Assembly: GCF_030144855.1 (NCBI RefSeq)
Contig: NC_082709.1
Coordinates: forward strand, 53,196,001 to 53,260,000
DNA length: 64,000 nt
Reading direction: 5' to 3'
Source of the DNA: Hypanus sabinus
Lineage: Eukaryota
Shown here: positions 22,153-32,200 of the stretch, piece after piece
Numbering within the stretch: position 1 is the first letter of the stretch
Layout: the number at the start of each line of letters is the position of its first letter
The notes under the pieces: model-generated
Told to the model about the DNA's origin: nothing
What the model saw: the letters and a program-made list of their open reading frames with translations, nothing else
Databases searched by the model: none
Position numbers and translations under genes: made by a program

Positions 22153-25100
22153 ATGAATATTGATGAGTTTCTGGCTTCGCCAGCTGCAGAGGTGTTGGCG
22201 AAGGCGAGAAAAACTGAGGTGTTTGAGATAGCTAGTAGATTGCGACTTAAAGGTATTTTGCAGACTACTTCTAAGGCTGTGATACAGAGAAAAATCGCGT
22301 CACACTATGTGGATTCGGGTGTTTTTGATGAATCGATTTTAGAGTCGTTTCAAATAAGTAATCTGGAGATGCAGTTGCAAATCGAACAAATGAAATTGGA
22401 GAGGTGTAAATTGGAGGCGGAACAAAAGCAGAGAGAGTTTGCATATGCAATGGAGGAATTAAGGACTGGAAATCAGTCTTCTGGTTCTAAAAAAACGTTT
22501 GTTGCTAGTCAAGAAATTAAATTGGTCCCTCCATTTAGTGAAACAGAAGTGGAAAGGTATTTTCAACATTTTGAAACTATTGCTCTGATGTCAGAGTGGC
22601 CGAAAGATAAATGGTCAGTGTTGTTACAGAGTGTAATTAAAGGCAAAGCACAACAAGTTTACACAGCTTTAACAGCTGCACAAGCTCTTGATTATGATAT
22701 TGTAAAGAGTCATATTTTAAACGCATATGAGTTAGTCCCAGAAGCATATAGGGAAAGATTCAGAAGTTTGAAAAAGTCTGTGGAAAAAACTTATGTGGAA
22801 TTTGCCTATGATAAAGCTATGTGTTTTGAGAGATGGGTTTCTTCTAAAAATGTAAATGGGGACTATGATACATTGAGAGAGCTGATTTTAATGGAGGAAT
22901 TTAAAAGAAGCATTCCTGTTGAAGTAAGGACCTACTTAAATGAGAAGGATACTGATAAATTGCAGGACTGTGCTAGATTAGCTGATGAGTATGTTTTGAT
23001 CCATAAGAACAAATTTCCTCAAGGCAGAATTTTTAAGAGGAAAAATAACACGGAGACTCCAGATAAATTTGAAATTAAATCGGAGGTTAATGAGAAAGTT
23101 AATGAGAAAGGAAAGCCTGTGAAGGAAAGACAGTTTGGTCTTACTTGTAACTATTGTAAGAAGCCTGGCCATGTAATAGCTAACTGTTTCAAATTGAAAA
23201 AGAAAGAGAAGGAAGCAGTTCCAGATGCTTGTGTGCAACATACTGAAGCACCTGTAAAGTTACAGGGTTTGATAAAAACAAATGAGGCTTTGTTAGAGTC
23301 TGACCAAGTTAGAAAGGGATATGATCATTTTATAACTGAAGGGTTTGTATCCTTGAAGGAAGGATCTACTTTGGTGCCAATAAAAATCCTTAGGGATACT
23401 GGTGCTTCTCAGTCATTGATGTTAGACAGTGTGTTGAACTTTAATGAAGAGTCTGATACTGGTGAGGTAAATTACATAAGAGGTGTTGGAAGTGATTTTA
23501 TGCCTGTACATTTACATAAAGTAAATTTAAAGTCGGGGTTAGTTACTGGATTTGTTAAAGTAGGATTACAGCATAGCTTACCTGTGAAGGGTATTTCTTT
23601 ATTGTTAGGTAATGACTTGGCAGGTGGACAAGTTTTTCCTGAAGTGCATTTGACAATGGAGTCAGAGGAACCAGAGTTGAATTCTAACACAGATTCTTCC
23701 TGTGTTGTGACTAGAGCTATGGCTGAAAAGATTGATGCGCAGAATGAGGTTATTATTCAGGACTGTTCAACTCAGGATTCGAGTTTTGAGGATGTGTCAG
23801 AGACTTTCTTATCTTCGTTGTTTGAACAAGATTCTGGGAGTAAGTCTAACTATAAACATTTATCTTTGTCTAGGATGAGGATGTTTAAGCCTGGAGATAA
23901 GGTGTTGGTTCTTTTCCCAGTGCAGACAAATCCTTTACAAGCTAGATTTCATGGTCCTTATGAAATTGTGTCTAAAATTAATGATGTGGATTACGTGGTA
24001 AAAACTCCAGATCGTAGAAGGTCAACACAACTTTGCCATATAAATATGTTGAAACCATATTTTGAGAAACAATCTGATACTGTGACTGTTGTGGTTAGTG
24101 AGAATGAGTTTGATTTAACTAGGAACATGATAGATGATTCATCTGACTTTCATTCTAAATCCAACATTGTTTCTGTTAGGTTACCAAATTCAACCATTCT
24201 GGAAAATATTGATGAAAAATTAGCACATTTACAGTTAGAGCAGAGACAACAGATGAAGGAGTTGATTTTTAAATATAGGGAGTTGTTTCCAGATGTTCCG
24301 AGAAGGACTACTATAGCTTCACATGATGTAGATGTTGGCGATGCCAAACCTATTAAACAACATCCATATAGGATGAACAAGGAAAAATGTGAACTTGCTG
24401 AGAAAGAAATTGAATATATGTTAGAGAATAATATCATTAGACATTCTAACTCGAATTGGAGTTCGCCATGTGTTATGGTGCCAAAGCCAGATGGTAGTAT
24501 TAGGTTTTGTACGGATTATAGGAAGGTGAATGCTGTAACGAAAACGGATGCATATCCAATTCCTAGAGTAGATGATTGTGTAGATAAAGTTGGAAAGGCA
24601 AAGTTCCTTACAAAGATTGATTTATTGAAAGGGTATTGGTGTGTTCCATTAACGGACAGAGGTAGAGAGATTTCTGCATTTGTAACTCCATCTGGGTTAT
24701 ATGAGTATAATGTTCTTCCATTTGGGATGAAGAATGCCCCAGGTACTTTCCAGAGGATGATTAACTTTGTGATTCAGGGATTGAAAGATACTGATGCTTA
24801 TATTGATGATTTAGTGACAGGAAATGATACTTGGGAAGCACACATTATTGCGATGGAGAAATTGTTTGAAAGGCTTTCAAAAGCTAACTTAACTATTAAT
24901 TTAGCTAAGAGTGAATTTGGACATGCCACTGTGACTTACCTTGGTTATGTTGTGGGTCAAGGTAAGGTAGCTCCTGTTCAGGCAAAAGTTCAGGCAATTT
25001 TAGAGATTCCCACTCCAACGGGGAAAAAAACTCTCAGAAGGTTTTTGGGAATGGTAGGATATTATCGGAAATTTTGTAAGAATTTTGCTAATGTTGCCCT

Positions 25101-25605
25101 TCCATTAACTAACCTTCTGCGGAAGAATGAGAAGTTTGTATGGACGGTGCCTTGTCAAGAAGCATTTGAAAAATTGAAAACCATGATATGTCAACAACCT
25201 GTGCTTAAGGCACCTGACTTTGGAAAACCTTTTTCATTGGCTGTGGATGCTAGTGATGAGGCTGCAGGAGCAGTATTAATGCAAAGGAATGAGGGGAATG
25301 AGCTTGATCATCCAGTAGCTTACTTTTCTAAGAAATTTAATAAGCATCAAAGAAATTATTCGACAATAGAGAAAGAATTGTTATCTCTTGTTTTAGCTTT
25401 GGAATATTTTGAGGTATATGTTAGTACAACTCAGAAACCACTTATTGTTTACACTGATCATAATCCGTTAGTTTTTCTGAGTAAGATGAAAAACAAAAAC
25501 AGAAGGTTATTAAATTGGAGTTTGATGTTACAAGAGTACAATATTGTGATAACTCATATTAAAGGTAAAGATAATGTGGTTGCTGATTGTCTATCTCGAT
25601 GTTGA
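22153..25605 (+). CDS. Gag-Pol polyprotein of the Gmr1-like element (1150 aa from the first ATG); integrase core missing
   Basis: SCAN-like capsid region (AYELVPEAYRERFR...LILMEEFK...ARLADEY), CCHC knuckle CNYCKKPGHVIANC, protease LRDTGASQS, integrase C-terminal GPY/F module (FKPGDKVLV...FHGPYEI...HINMLKPY), RT (YPIPRVDD, LPFGMKNAP, YIDD), RNase H (VDASD, EKELL, YTDHNPL). The ORF track starts 30 nt earlier at a TTG. Confidence 0.93.
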   Translation: MNIDEFLASPAAEVLAKARKTEVFEIASRLRLKGILQTTSKAVIQRKIASHYVDSGVFDESILESFQISNLEMQLQIEQMKLERCKLEAEQKQREFAYAMEELRTGNQSSGSKKTFVASQEIKLVPPFSETEVERYFQHFETIALMSEWPKDKWSVLLQSVIKGKAQQVYTALTAAQALDYDIVKSHILNAYELVPEAYRERFRSLKKSVEKTYVEFAYDKAMCFERWVSSKNVNGDYDTLRELILMEEFKRSIPVEVRTYLNEKDTDKLQDCARLADEYVLIHKNKFPQGRIFKRKNNTETPDKFEIKSEVNEKVNEKGKPVKERQFGLTCNYCKKPGHVIANCFKLKKKEKEAVPDACVQHTEAPVKLQGLIKTNEALLESDQVRKGYDHFITEGFVSLKEGSTLVPIKILRDTGASQSLMLDSVLNFNEESDTGEVNYIRGVGSDFMPVHLHKVNLKSGLVTGFVKVGLQHSLPVKGISLLLGNDLAGGQVFPEVHLTMESEEPELNSNTDSSCVVTRAMAEKIDAQNEVIIQDCSTQDSSFEDVSETFLSSLFEQDSGSKSNYKHLSLSRMRMFKPGDKVLVLFPVQTNPLQARFHGPYEIVSKINDVDYVVKTPDRRRSTQLCHINMLKPYFEKQSDTVTVVVSENEFDLTRNMIDDSSDFHSKSNIVSVRLPNSTILENIDEKLAHLQLEQRQQMKELIFKYRELFPDVPRRTTIASHDVDVGDAKPIKQHPYRMNKEKCELAEKEIEYMLENNIIRHSNSNWSSPCVMVPKPDGSIRFCTDYRKVNAVTKTDAYPIPRVDDCVDKVGKAKFLTKIDLLKGYWCVPLTDRGREISAFVTPSGLYEYNVLPFGMKNAPGTFQRMINFVIQGLKDTDAYIDDLVTGNDTWEAHIIAMEKLFERLSKANLTINLAKSEFGHATVTYLGYVVGQGKVAPVQAKVQAILEIPTPTGKKTLRRFLGMVGYYRKFCKNFANVALPLTNLLRKNEKFVWTVPCQEAFEKLKTMICQQPVLKAPDFGKPFSLAVDASDEAAGAVLMQRNEGNELDHPVAYFSKKFNKHQRNYSTIEKELLSLVLALEYFEVYVSTTQKPLIVYTDHNPLVFLSKMKNKNRRLLNWSLMLQEYNIVITHIKGKDNVVADCLSRC

Positions 25606-25792
25606 ATGTACACTGTAATTTTTTTTATGGAGGGGTTTTTTTTCAATTGTAACACTCCTACTGTATTGTGACTTATAAGCTGTTATATGATGGTGTTGTG
25701 TATTGTGTATGTTATAAAATTTATACCTTTGTTTTTCTTGTAAGCAATTGTTAAAAATTTTTGTTCTTGTCAGACCAAAAATGTTTTTTTTT

Positions 25793-25801
25793 GGAGGGAG
25801 G
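25793..25801 (+). promoter_or_regulatory. Polypurine tract
   Basis: GGAGGGAGG preceded by a T-run, immediately before the 3' LTR. Confidence 0.8.
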
Positions 25802-26640
25802 TGTTACGTACTCGTGACACATGACGGTGGTGCCCTTGTCATGTGACTGGGGTTGAAGCTGTACTGGACTTGAGGTGATGGTCTTGTGATGGTGGAATGA
25901 CGTCATTTTCCCGCCAGTAGAGATCATGTGATGGGTTTTTTACAGGTTATAAAAGGTAGACCCCACCCTGTGAGGAGGGGCAGTTCGTGGCTGGATTTGC
26001 CAAGTTGACTTCATGCCACTGCGTGTTTGAAGTGATGACGCAGTTTAGTTGAAGGATGAAGTTTTTATTTAATGCTTAAAGTTTAAAAGGTTAATGCCAA
26101 CAGGTTCTTTATGATTCTGTTAGTTTGAGAATTAAAGGAGAGTGAAGATTCAAGGTTGGAAGTAAAGATCGAGGAGAATCGCTTTCTACGGTGAAACGGG
26201 GGCGACCTTTGTTTGATCCTTATTTGGAAGGATTTCGTTGACTATCTTCGTGTTAATCCCTAGGTTTACCTAGAAAGGATTGAAGGTAGTGGAGAAGGAA
26301 AGGTCAGTGCCTTTAAGCCGTTCTGTTTCGTAAATTCTTCGTGGGAATTTCGACGTCGGGAATCGAAGCAAGCGACGTGAAAGAGAACTTAAATCGTCCT
26401 GTAAAGTCTCTCCTTTTAAATGGACTGTGAGCATATCGAACTTTTGGCAATATCACTTTAAGAACTGTTTTGGAATATCACTTTACGAACTGTTTGAACA
26501 GCCGCTCAGCAGCTGTTTCCGGTTACGGTAGTGTTTGTTTACTTTTGGGGGGTTTGTTTTCTGTGTTTAATAAACGTGTTGTTTTATTATAAGAAACCCT
26601 TGCCGAACTCATATATTTATTGTTGCCTGAATACGTAACA
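25802..26640 (+). repeat. 3' LTR (839 bp)
   Basis: Matches the 5' LTR except for one fewer 25-bp repeat unit and one substitution I noticed (aataaaAgtg vs aataaaCgtg). Confidence 0.95.
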
Positions 26641-28035
26641 CTTTCTTTCCGAGCTTATCCACTTTTGATGCAACGTCCAATGAATTATGGACCTGTATTC
26701 CGAGATCATTTTGTTACTGCACTGCTCTAGTGCCCTCCCACCCACAGGGTAAGACCTACCCTGGATGGTTCTCTGAAAGTGCAACACGTCACACTTCTCT
26801 GCACTCAATCCCATCTGCTCAGCCCATTTTCTTCCTCTGCAAGCTTTGATAGGGTTATTTGCTGTCCACTACACCCCCAGCCTGGTGTCATCTGCAAATT
26901 TGCTGATCCAGTTAATCATATTATCATCTAGATCACTGAAATAGTTAACGAACAACAACAAAACCAGCACTGACCCTACAGCACCTCACTAGTCTCAGGC
27001 CTCCAGTCAGAGTTATCAGAGGGAGCTGGGGAATCAGAAGTCTGAGTTTTGATGACCCTCTCCACCCCAATCCCACCAGCGGGTTAATGAGTTGGCAAGA
27101 CCAGAGTTCGAGCCCTTGTATTCAGCATCTTGCTCTCGAGGCCTGGTGTTTGATAATCAGTCTGATTTGGGATCGATGCTGAGGAGCAAGAATTGAAGAT
27201 GAATTAGAAGTCTAGAATGTGAGGTTCATTTCCCTGAACTAAGTCTCTGAATCTCGGCTGGGGAGGTCAAGGCTTGGTGCCTGTACTCGGCTTAAAGGAG
27301 AGTATATGTGCCTGGGTGGGAGAGAGGAACAGGGCTTGTTTTTGCTGTTGTGGTTGTTGTGTTCTGTTTTGCTCTGCTGAGTATTATGGGCCTGCTCAGT
27401 TGGTGCTGGAATGTGTGACAACACTTGTGGGCTGCCCCTAGCAGAACCTCAAGTGTGTTGGTTGTTCACTCAAAAGAAATATGTCATTGTATGTTTTAAT
27501 GTACATGTGACAAATTAACTTAAATCTATTTGAAATCTTTTTGAATCTATATTGGGGCAACCAGAACTGAAAACAAAATTTGAAGAGTGGTCTGGCCAGG
27601 CATTTATAGAGCTGCAACATTATCTCATGGATTTGAACTTAATTCCCCATCTGATGAAGGCCAACAGACCAAGTGCCTTCTTAACAACCCTATCAACTTT
27701 TGCTGCAACTTTGAGGTAATCTATGGACATAGAACCTAGATTCCTCTGTTCCTCCACACTCCAAAGAATCCTGCAATTAACACCGTACTTTGCCTTCAAA
27801 TTCGACTTTCCAAAGTCAATTCAATTGTACTCTCAATTTGAAGATGCTAACTCTGATTGGTGATATTCCTGGAGCAGTCATTGGACATATTCTCCCAATT
27901 GCCCACAAAGCTTATTTACCTCTAATAATATCATCAATATTACTGTAAACATCGATAGAACCTGAAAAGCATACAAGAGTTCTCTCAACATGCTTTGAAT
28001 TTATCACTCAGGTTTCTTCCAGCACGTTCCTCGAA

Positions 28036-28830
28036 GGGCAGAGCAAAGTCAAGATGGTTTTAAACGGTAACTCCTTTGCTTGGATCTTCGGAAACAGTTC
28101 TATTTCTATCTTTGATATCTCTTTTTTCCCTTTTCAAGGTTCTTTTGAAGACCCTGACCTGGAGTTACACATTGACTTCAGTGCTTTGCGAGAATGGGAC
28201 CCGCTCTCAGGATCTCATGAAGGCTGCTTTTTGATATCCCAAGGATGTGGCCTGGAAGACTAGTGTGCTTTCAGGGTGCCGGATTTTCGTGGCTCTGGAG
28301 ACTAGCTGATTTAAGGCCAGTGCCCCTGACAGAGGCGTCACAGGAGAACATGGAACATCAGGAGCGGCAAGTTTGCTGCCAAATGTGTGTCTTGGGGTGC
28401 AGAGCTCAGAAAAAGCGACACAACAGACTTCAAACATCATAAATCAGTGAGCTGTTTTTTATGCCTCCCCTCTCTGTGAAAGAAGGACACTTTTTCCCAT
28501 ATTAGGGAGAGAGAGCCTGTGGTATGTCAAATTACTGGGGAAACGTGTAGTCTTTTGGCTACTGCAAGTCTGTGAATTTATTGATGCTTTGCTGCATGCT
28601 TGAGTGCTCGGTGGGGAGCGCTAATACTGTTATTGCATGTGGGGAGGGGGGTCGTCACATTGCTGCTGCTTGTGGGTGGAGAGGGGGAGCTGGGGAGGGG
28701 CTTTGGGGTTCTAAAATTTAACTGTCATTCATTCTTTGGGACACTCCTCTGTTTTTGTGGATGTTGTCAAAGAAAAAAATTCAGGATGTATATTGTACAC
28801 ATTTCTCTGATATTAAATGTACCTATTGAA
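28036..28830 (+). mobile_element. Unclassified ~800-bp insertion specific to the copy B upstream region
   Basis: The flanks join seamlessly in the copy C upstream region ('catttcttgaa|cattggatgtgcactggagg' near 50870). Possible degenerate TSD tcgaa/ttgaa. Confidence 0.6.
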
Positions 28831-29049
28831 CATTGGAGATGCACTGGAGGTAAATCATCATGGTGCAAAGTGGTTTTGTACAAGTTTGAGATGATTGCTT
28901 CTTCTCCATACATATATTATTTCATTTTCATATGAAAATATGTTTCATATGAAACATAAACAGGCTAAATTTCCCAGAAAATATCAACATGATGACGATA
29001 CTAGGAGGAAGCTTGCCCATAAGTGGAGCCCACCTGTCATCTGGTTCCA

Positions 29050-29120
29050 GTGCCCACGGTCAGCAAGCTGGGCAAATATGAATCAGTGTTTGAATGTGGT
29101 AGAGGTGCAGGATATAAAGG
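29050..29120 (+). promoter_or_regulatory. Proximal promoter of copy B, TATAAA at 29113-29118
   Basis: Conserved with the promoters of A and C. Confidence 0.75.
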
Positions 29121-29212
29121 CTAAAGGCAGCGCGGTGAAGGCAGATCAAGAGAAGGAGAAAAGCTGTTCCTTCAATTTGAAAAACCAGCTGGCTGATCCC
29201 ATACGGGACAGA

Positions 29213-32200
29213 ATGAAAACCTTCCTGCTTGCAATTGCTGCTGTGCAGATCTTCTACTGCTCAGGTAGGTACTAGCAAGAATGGAACTTCAGGGAGCAGT
29301 GAGTTATTTATAATGAGCTTCAGATAGCAACATTTCAGCCATATGTAAGGAGAATCCACTGAGGTCTCTTGAAATGTCTTTTACAACTTTCCCTCTCTTT
29401 CTGCAGGAGTGCCAAGCACTAAGGAAGCTCTGAGAGCCTCGGTTATAAAGCTGAATGAAATCACTGAGATCCCCAACCTCTGTGGTATCACTAGGAGAGG
29501 AGTAACAAATGTAAGTGCATCCTTGGCTAATTGTGTTTCATAAACTATGTCTGAGTGCAAGTTAATTGGCTGCTAAAACTTGCCCTATGATTAGCTTAAC
29601 AGAAAAAAAAATCTATGGAGACATGATGTTATGTGATAGGGACAACTAATGCAACATTATGGAGATTTGACGCGAAGGAGAGTAGGGTTGATGCAATTGG
29701 TCTGCTGGGAGCCAGTGTAGGCCAGATGGGCTGAGTGGCACAAAACTGTATAATTCTAGGTATAAGTTATATAACATAGAAGATAAGATGGTATCTAAGT
29801 ATTCAACAAGAGCTGAATATTACATTGTGTTCAGCAATTTAATTCTTAATCAGTGTTTCAGTTGTGGACCAAAGTTTTGGAATTAAGATTCAAAGATCTA
29901 TAAGACTTTGCTTTGGAAGTTTCTAAATGCTTTTCCAAATTTATTTGTGTTTTTCCTCCAATAATTAAGGGTTCCTTCAAATTGAATATTCCTATCATTA
30001 TGGTTTTTGTAGTAGTTCTACCGTTGTGCAAAGTAATTCTCTTGTCCACTTTGGTTGATTGTTCAGACACGACCAGTGTAACCCTCAGCTGAAAATAAAG
30101 CCCCTAGCAACTCTAACTTTTATCAGCGTGGTGAAAGAATACCAGACACAAGAATTCATCAATAATCTCTTTTTCTTCCTTCAGACATATCGCACGGGTA
30201 AGCTGTCATACAATGTGGATTTAACTTTCTCTGTGAAAGAAACTGTCTGTTCCAAGAATTCTGGACAAGAATTTGATAATCCTAGCTGCTTCTTCCGCCC
30301 TAAAAACATTGCGGTAAAGTCCAGAGTTGTATCAGATCATGCAAGTCCGTGTATGTATTAGCATCAAAACATGAGCTTTAATTACAACATATTTGATAGA
30401 AATGACCATACGTATGCAGTTATATCAAAGTAAAAGCTAAGAATTGAGTTAGATCACATTAATTTATTGTCTTGCTTGGAATAATGAATAATTTCCATTC
30501 ATTATGCTTCATTCCAACAGGAGAAAGGCTTTTGCAAAAGCCATGTGGAATTTTTTGCTGATAAGGTAGCTGACGTTGATGTGGAGTGTGATGGTCTGAA
30601 GACAGTTGACAGCGAGAGTGACTCAACAAAATCGAGTGAAAACAGTATTGAGGTAACTGCATTCATACAATTCAGGACAAAGGAATTTCTAACACAAGAT
30701 CCTTTACTGAACATTTCACTGTTTATGTATGTTGAAGATCTAAAAATAAGTACCTTTATCTTACAGTCACAAAGCAAATCAAAAGAAACATCGCTTGAGG
30801 AAACTTCAAATGTGAGTATTAATCAGTAGTTTATCAGATTCATTTTTCTTGTTGATCTCAATTGTTCATGATGGGGTGATTATAATTGTTTCCAATGAAA
30901 TGTTAAGTTCTCCATTAGGAATAGTGGATGAGACAGCATGTTATCCCAGTCTGATGTGTAGGGAGGGGATCCTAATATTAGATTTCAGTGTGTGATGAGT
31001 TGCTTCTCTGCTGGAGATGAACTGAACATCAGCAGAACAGGACGACAGGAGAAGTGTCTGTCAGACTCTCATCACTGAGATTCACCAAGTACCAATCCTT
31101 CCATGGATTCAATAAAACAGATGGCATGATGCCTGCGCCACTTATTGTTGGAATATCCATTCACTTTGCTCCAGGCACTTTATTTGAATATCAGTGTACT
31201 ATTTAGAGTAGTCTTTTTATTGAAGCTTCTGCAATCTAATGCAGAATCTAATGGGATCATCTTTCAGAAATGTCAGGATTGCTAATCTTGGTCTAATGTT
31301 ATAAATGTTCTTGCTTTTATAGGAGAAAAGTAAATTGGAAGAAACAGCACTGGAAATATCTTCAAATGTAACTTTAATTTGGGATTGATGTTTTTCAATA
31401 GTTTGTGAAAACTAGATTGATCTGTCAGAATAGAGTCTGAGAATCTTACATCATTCTCGGCCAAATTCCAGACAGTGGGTGAGCGAAGATAGAGAGAATA
31501 TTGGATATTAGCTTCCACCTCAATGCATTTTCCTGTAGAACACTGTTAGCCTTGATTCCGTTAATATCCAACAATTCACCAATCCCTGTTTTGAATGAGC
31601 TTGTCATTGAGACTCCACAGCTCCCTGGGGGTAGCAAATTCCAAAAATCACCACCTGAGTTTCACCTCATTGGCAAAGCTCTTATTTTGAGACTGAGCCA
31701 AGCTCTCAACTCCTAAGACAGGTGAAGACCCTTCCCCTGATAACCAATCATGCCCTCTCATAATTTTGCTCATGCTAAAGCACCTCTCAATCTTCCAATC
31801 TGTAATAGATAGTCTATCGTACTTGAACTCTCCTCATAGGGCAGATACACTATTCTGGAAACTATACTTGTATCTCTTTGCTGCATCCTCTTGCTCAGGC
31901 ATATCCTTCTTCAGAAAAGTAGACCAAAACAACACAATCCTCACCAAGGTTTGATACAATTGAAGTATTCTTCTTTTCAAGTCCTCTTGCAATAAAGGCA
32001 ATTTGCCTTCCCAATGGTCAGCTGCAGTTGCTGCTGAAATGCCCAGAGTGAACCAAGACTCCGTTATAGTTCAATATTTAATACTTGAACAAACTGAATT
32101 TTTCAGTTTATATCTTTTCAAAATTCCTCACTGTCCTGTACTAAACATATAAATATTATTTCCATACAGGAAAAAGACAAATCAAAAGAGACATCTCTTG

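Larger units (their letters stand above)
21163..26640 (+). mobile_element. Young Gmr1-like Ty3/Gypsy LTR retrotransposon, integrase-deleted (5478 bp)
   Basis: Near-identical LTRs with TGTTACGTA...TACGTAACA termini; 4-bp TSD CTTT (21159-21162 and 26641-26644); tRNA-Pro PBS; PPT; a single open gag-pol ORF with domain order PR-(IN remnant)-RT-RNase H. Confidence 0.95.

Noticed and set aside
28895-29275. 126-aa ORF extending copy B at the N-terminus
   Set aside because: It starts upstream of the conserved TATA box and runs into intron 1. The ATG shared by all paralogs (MKTFLL) begins a clean signal peptide.
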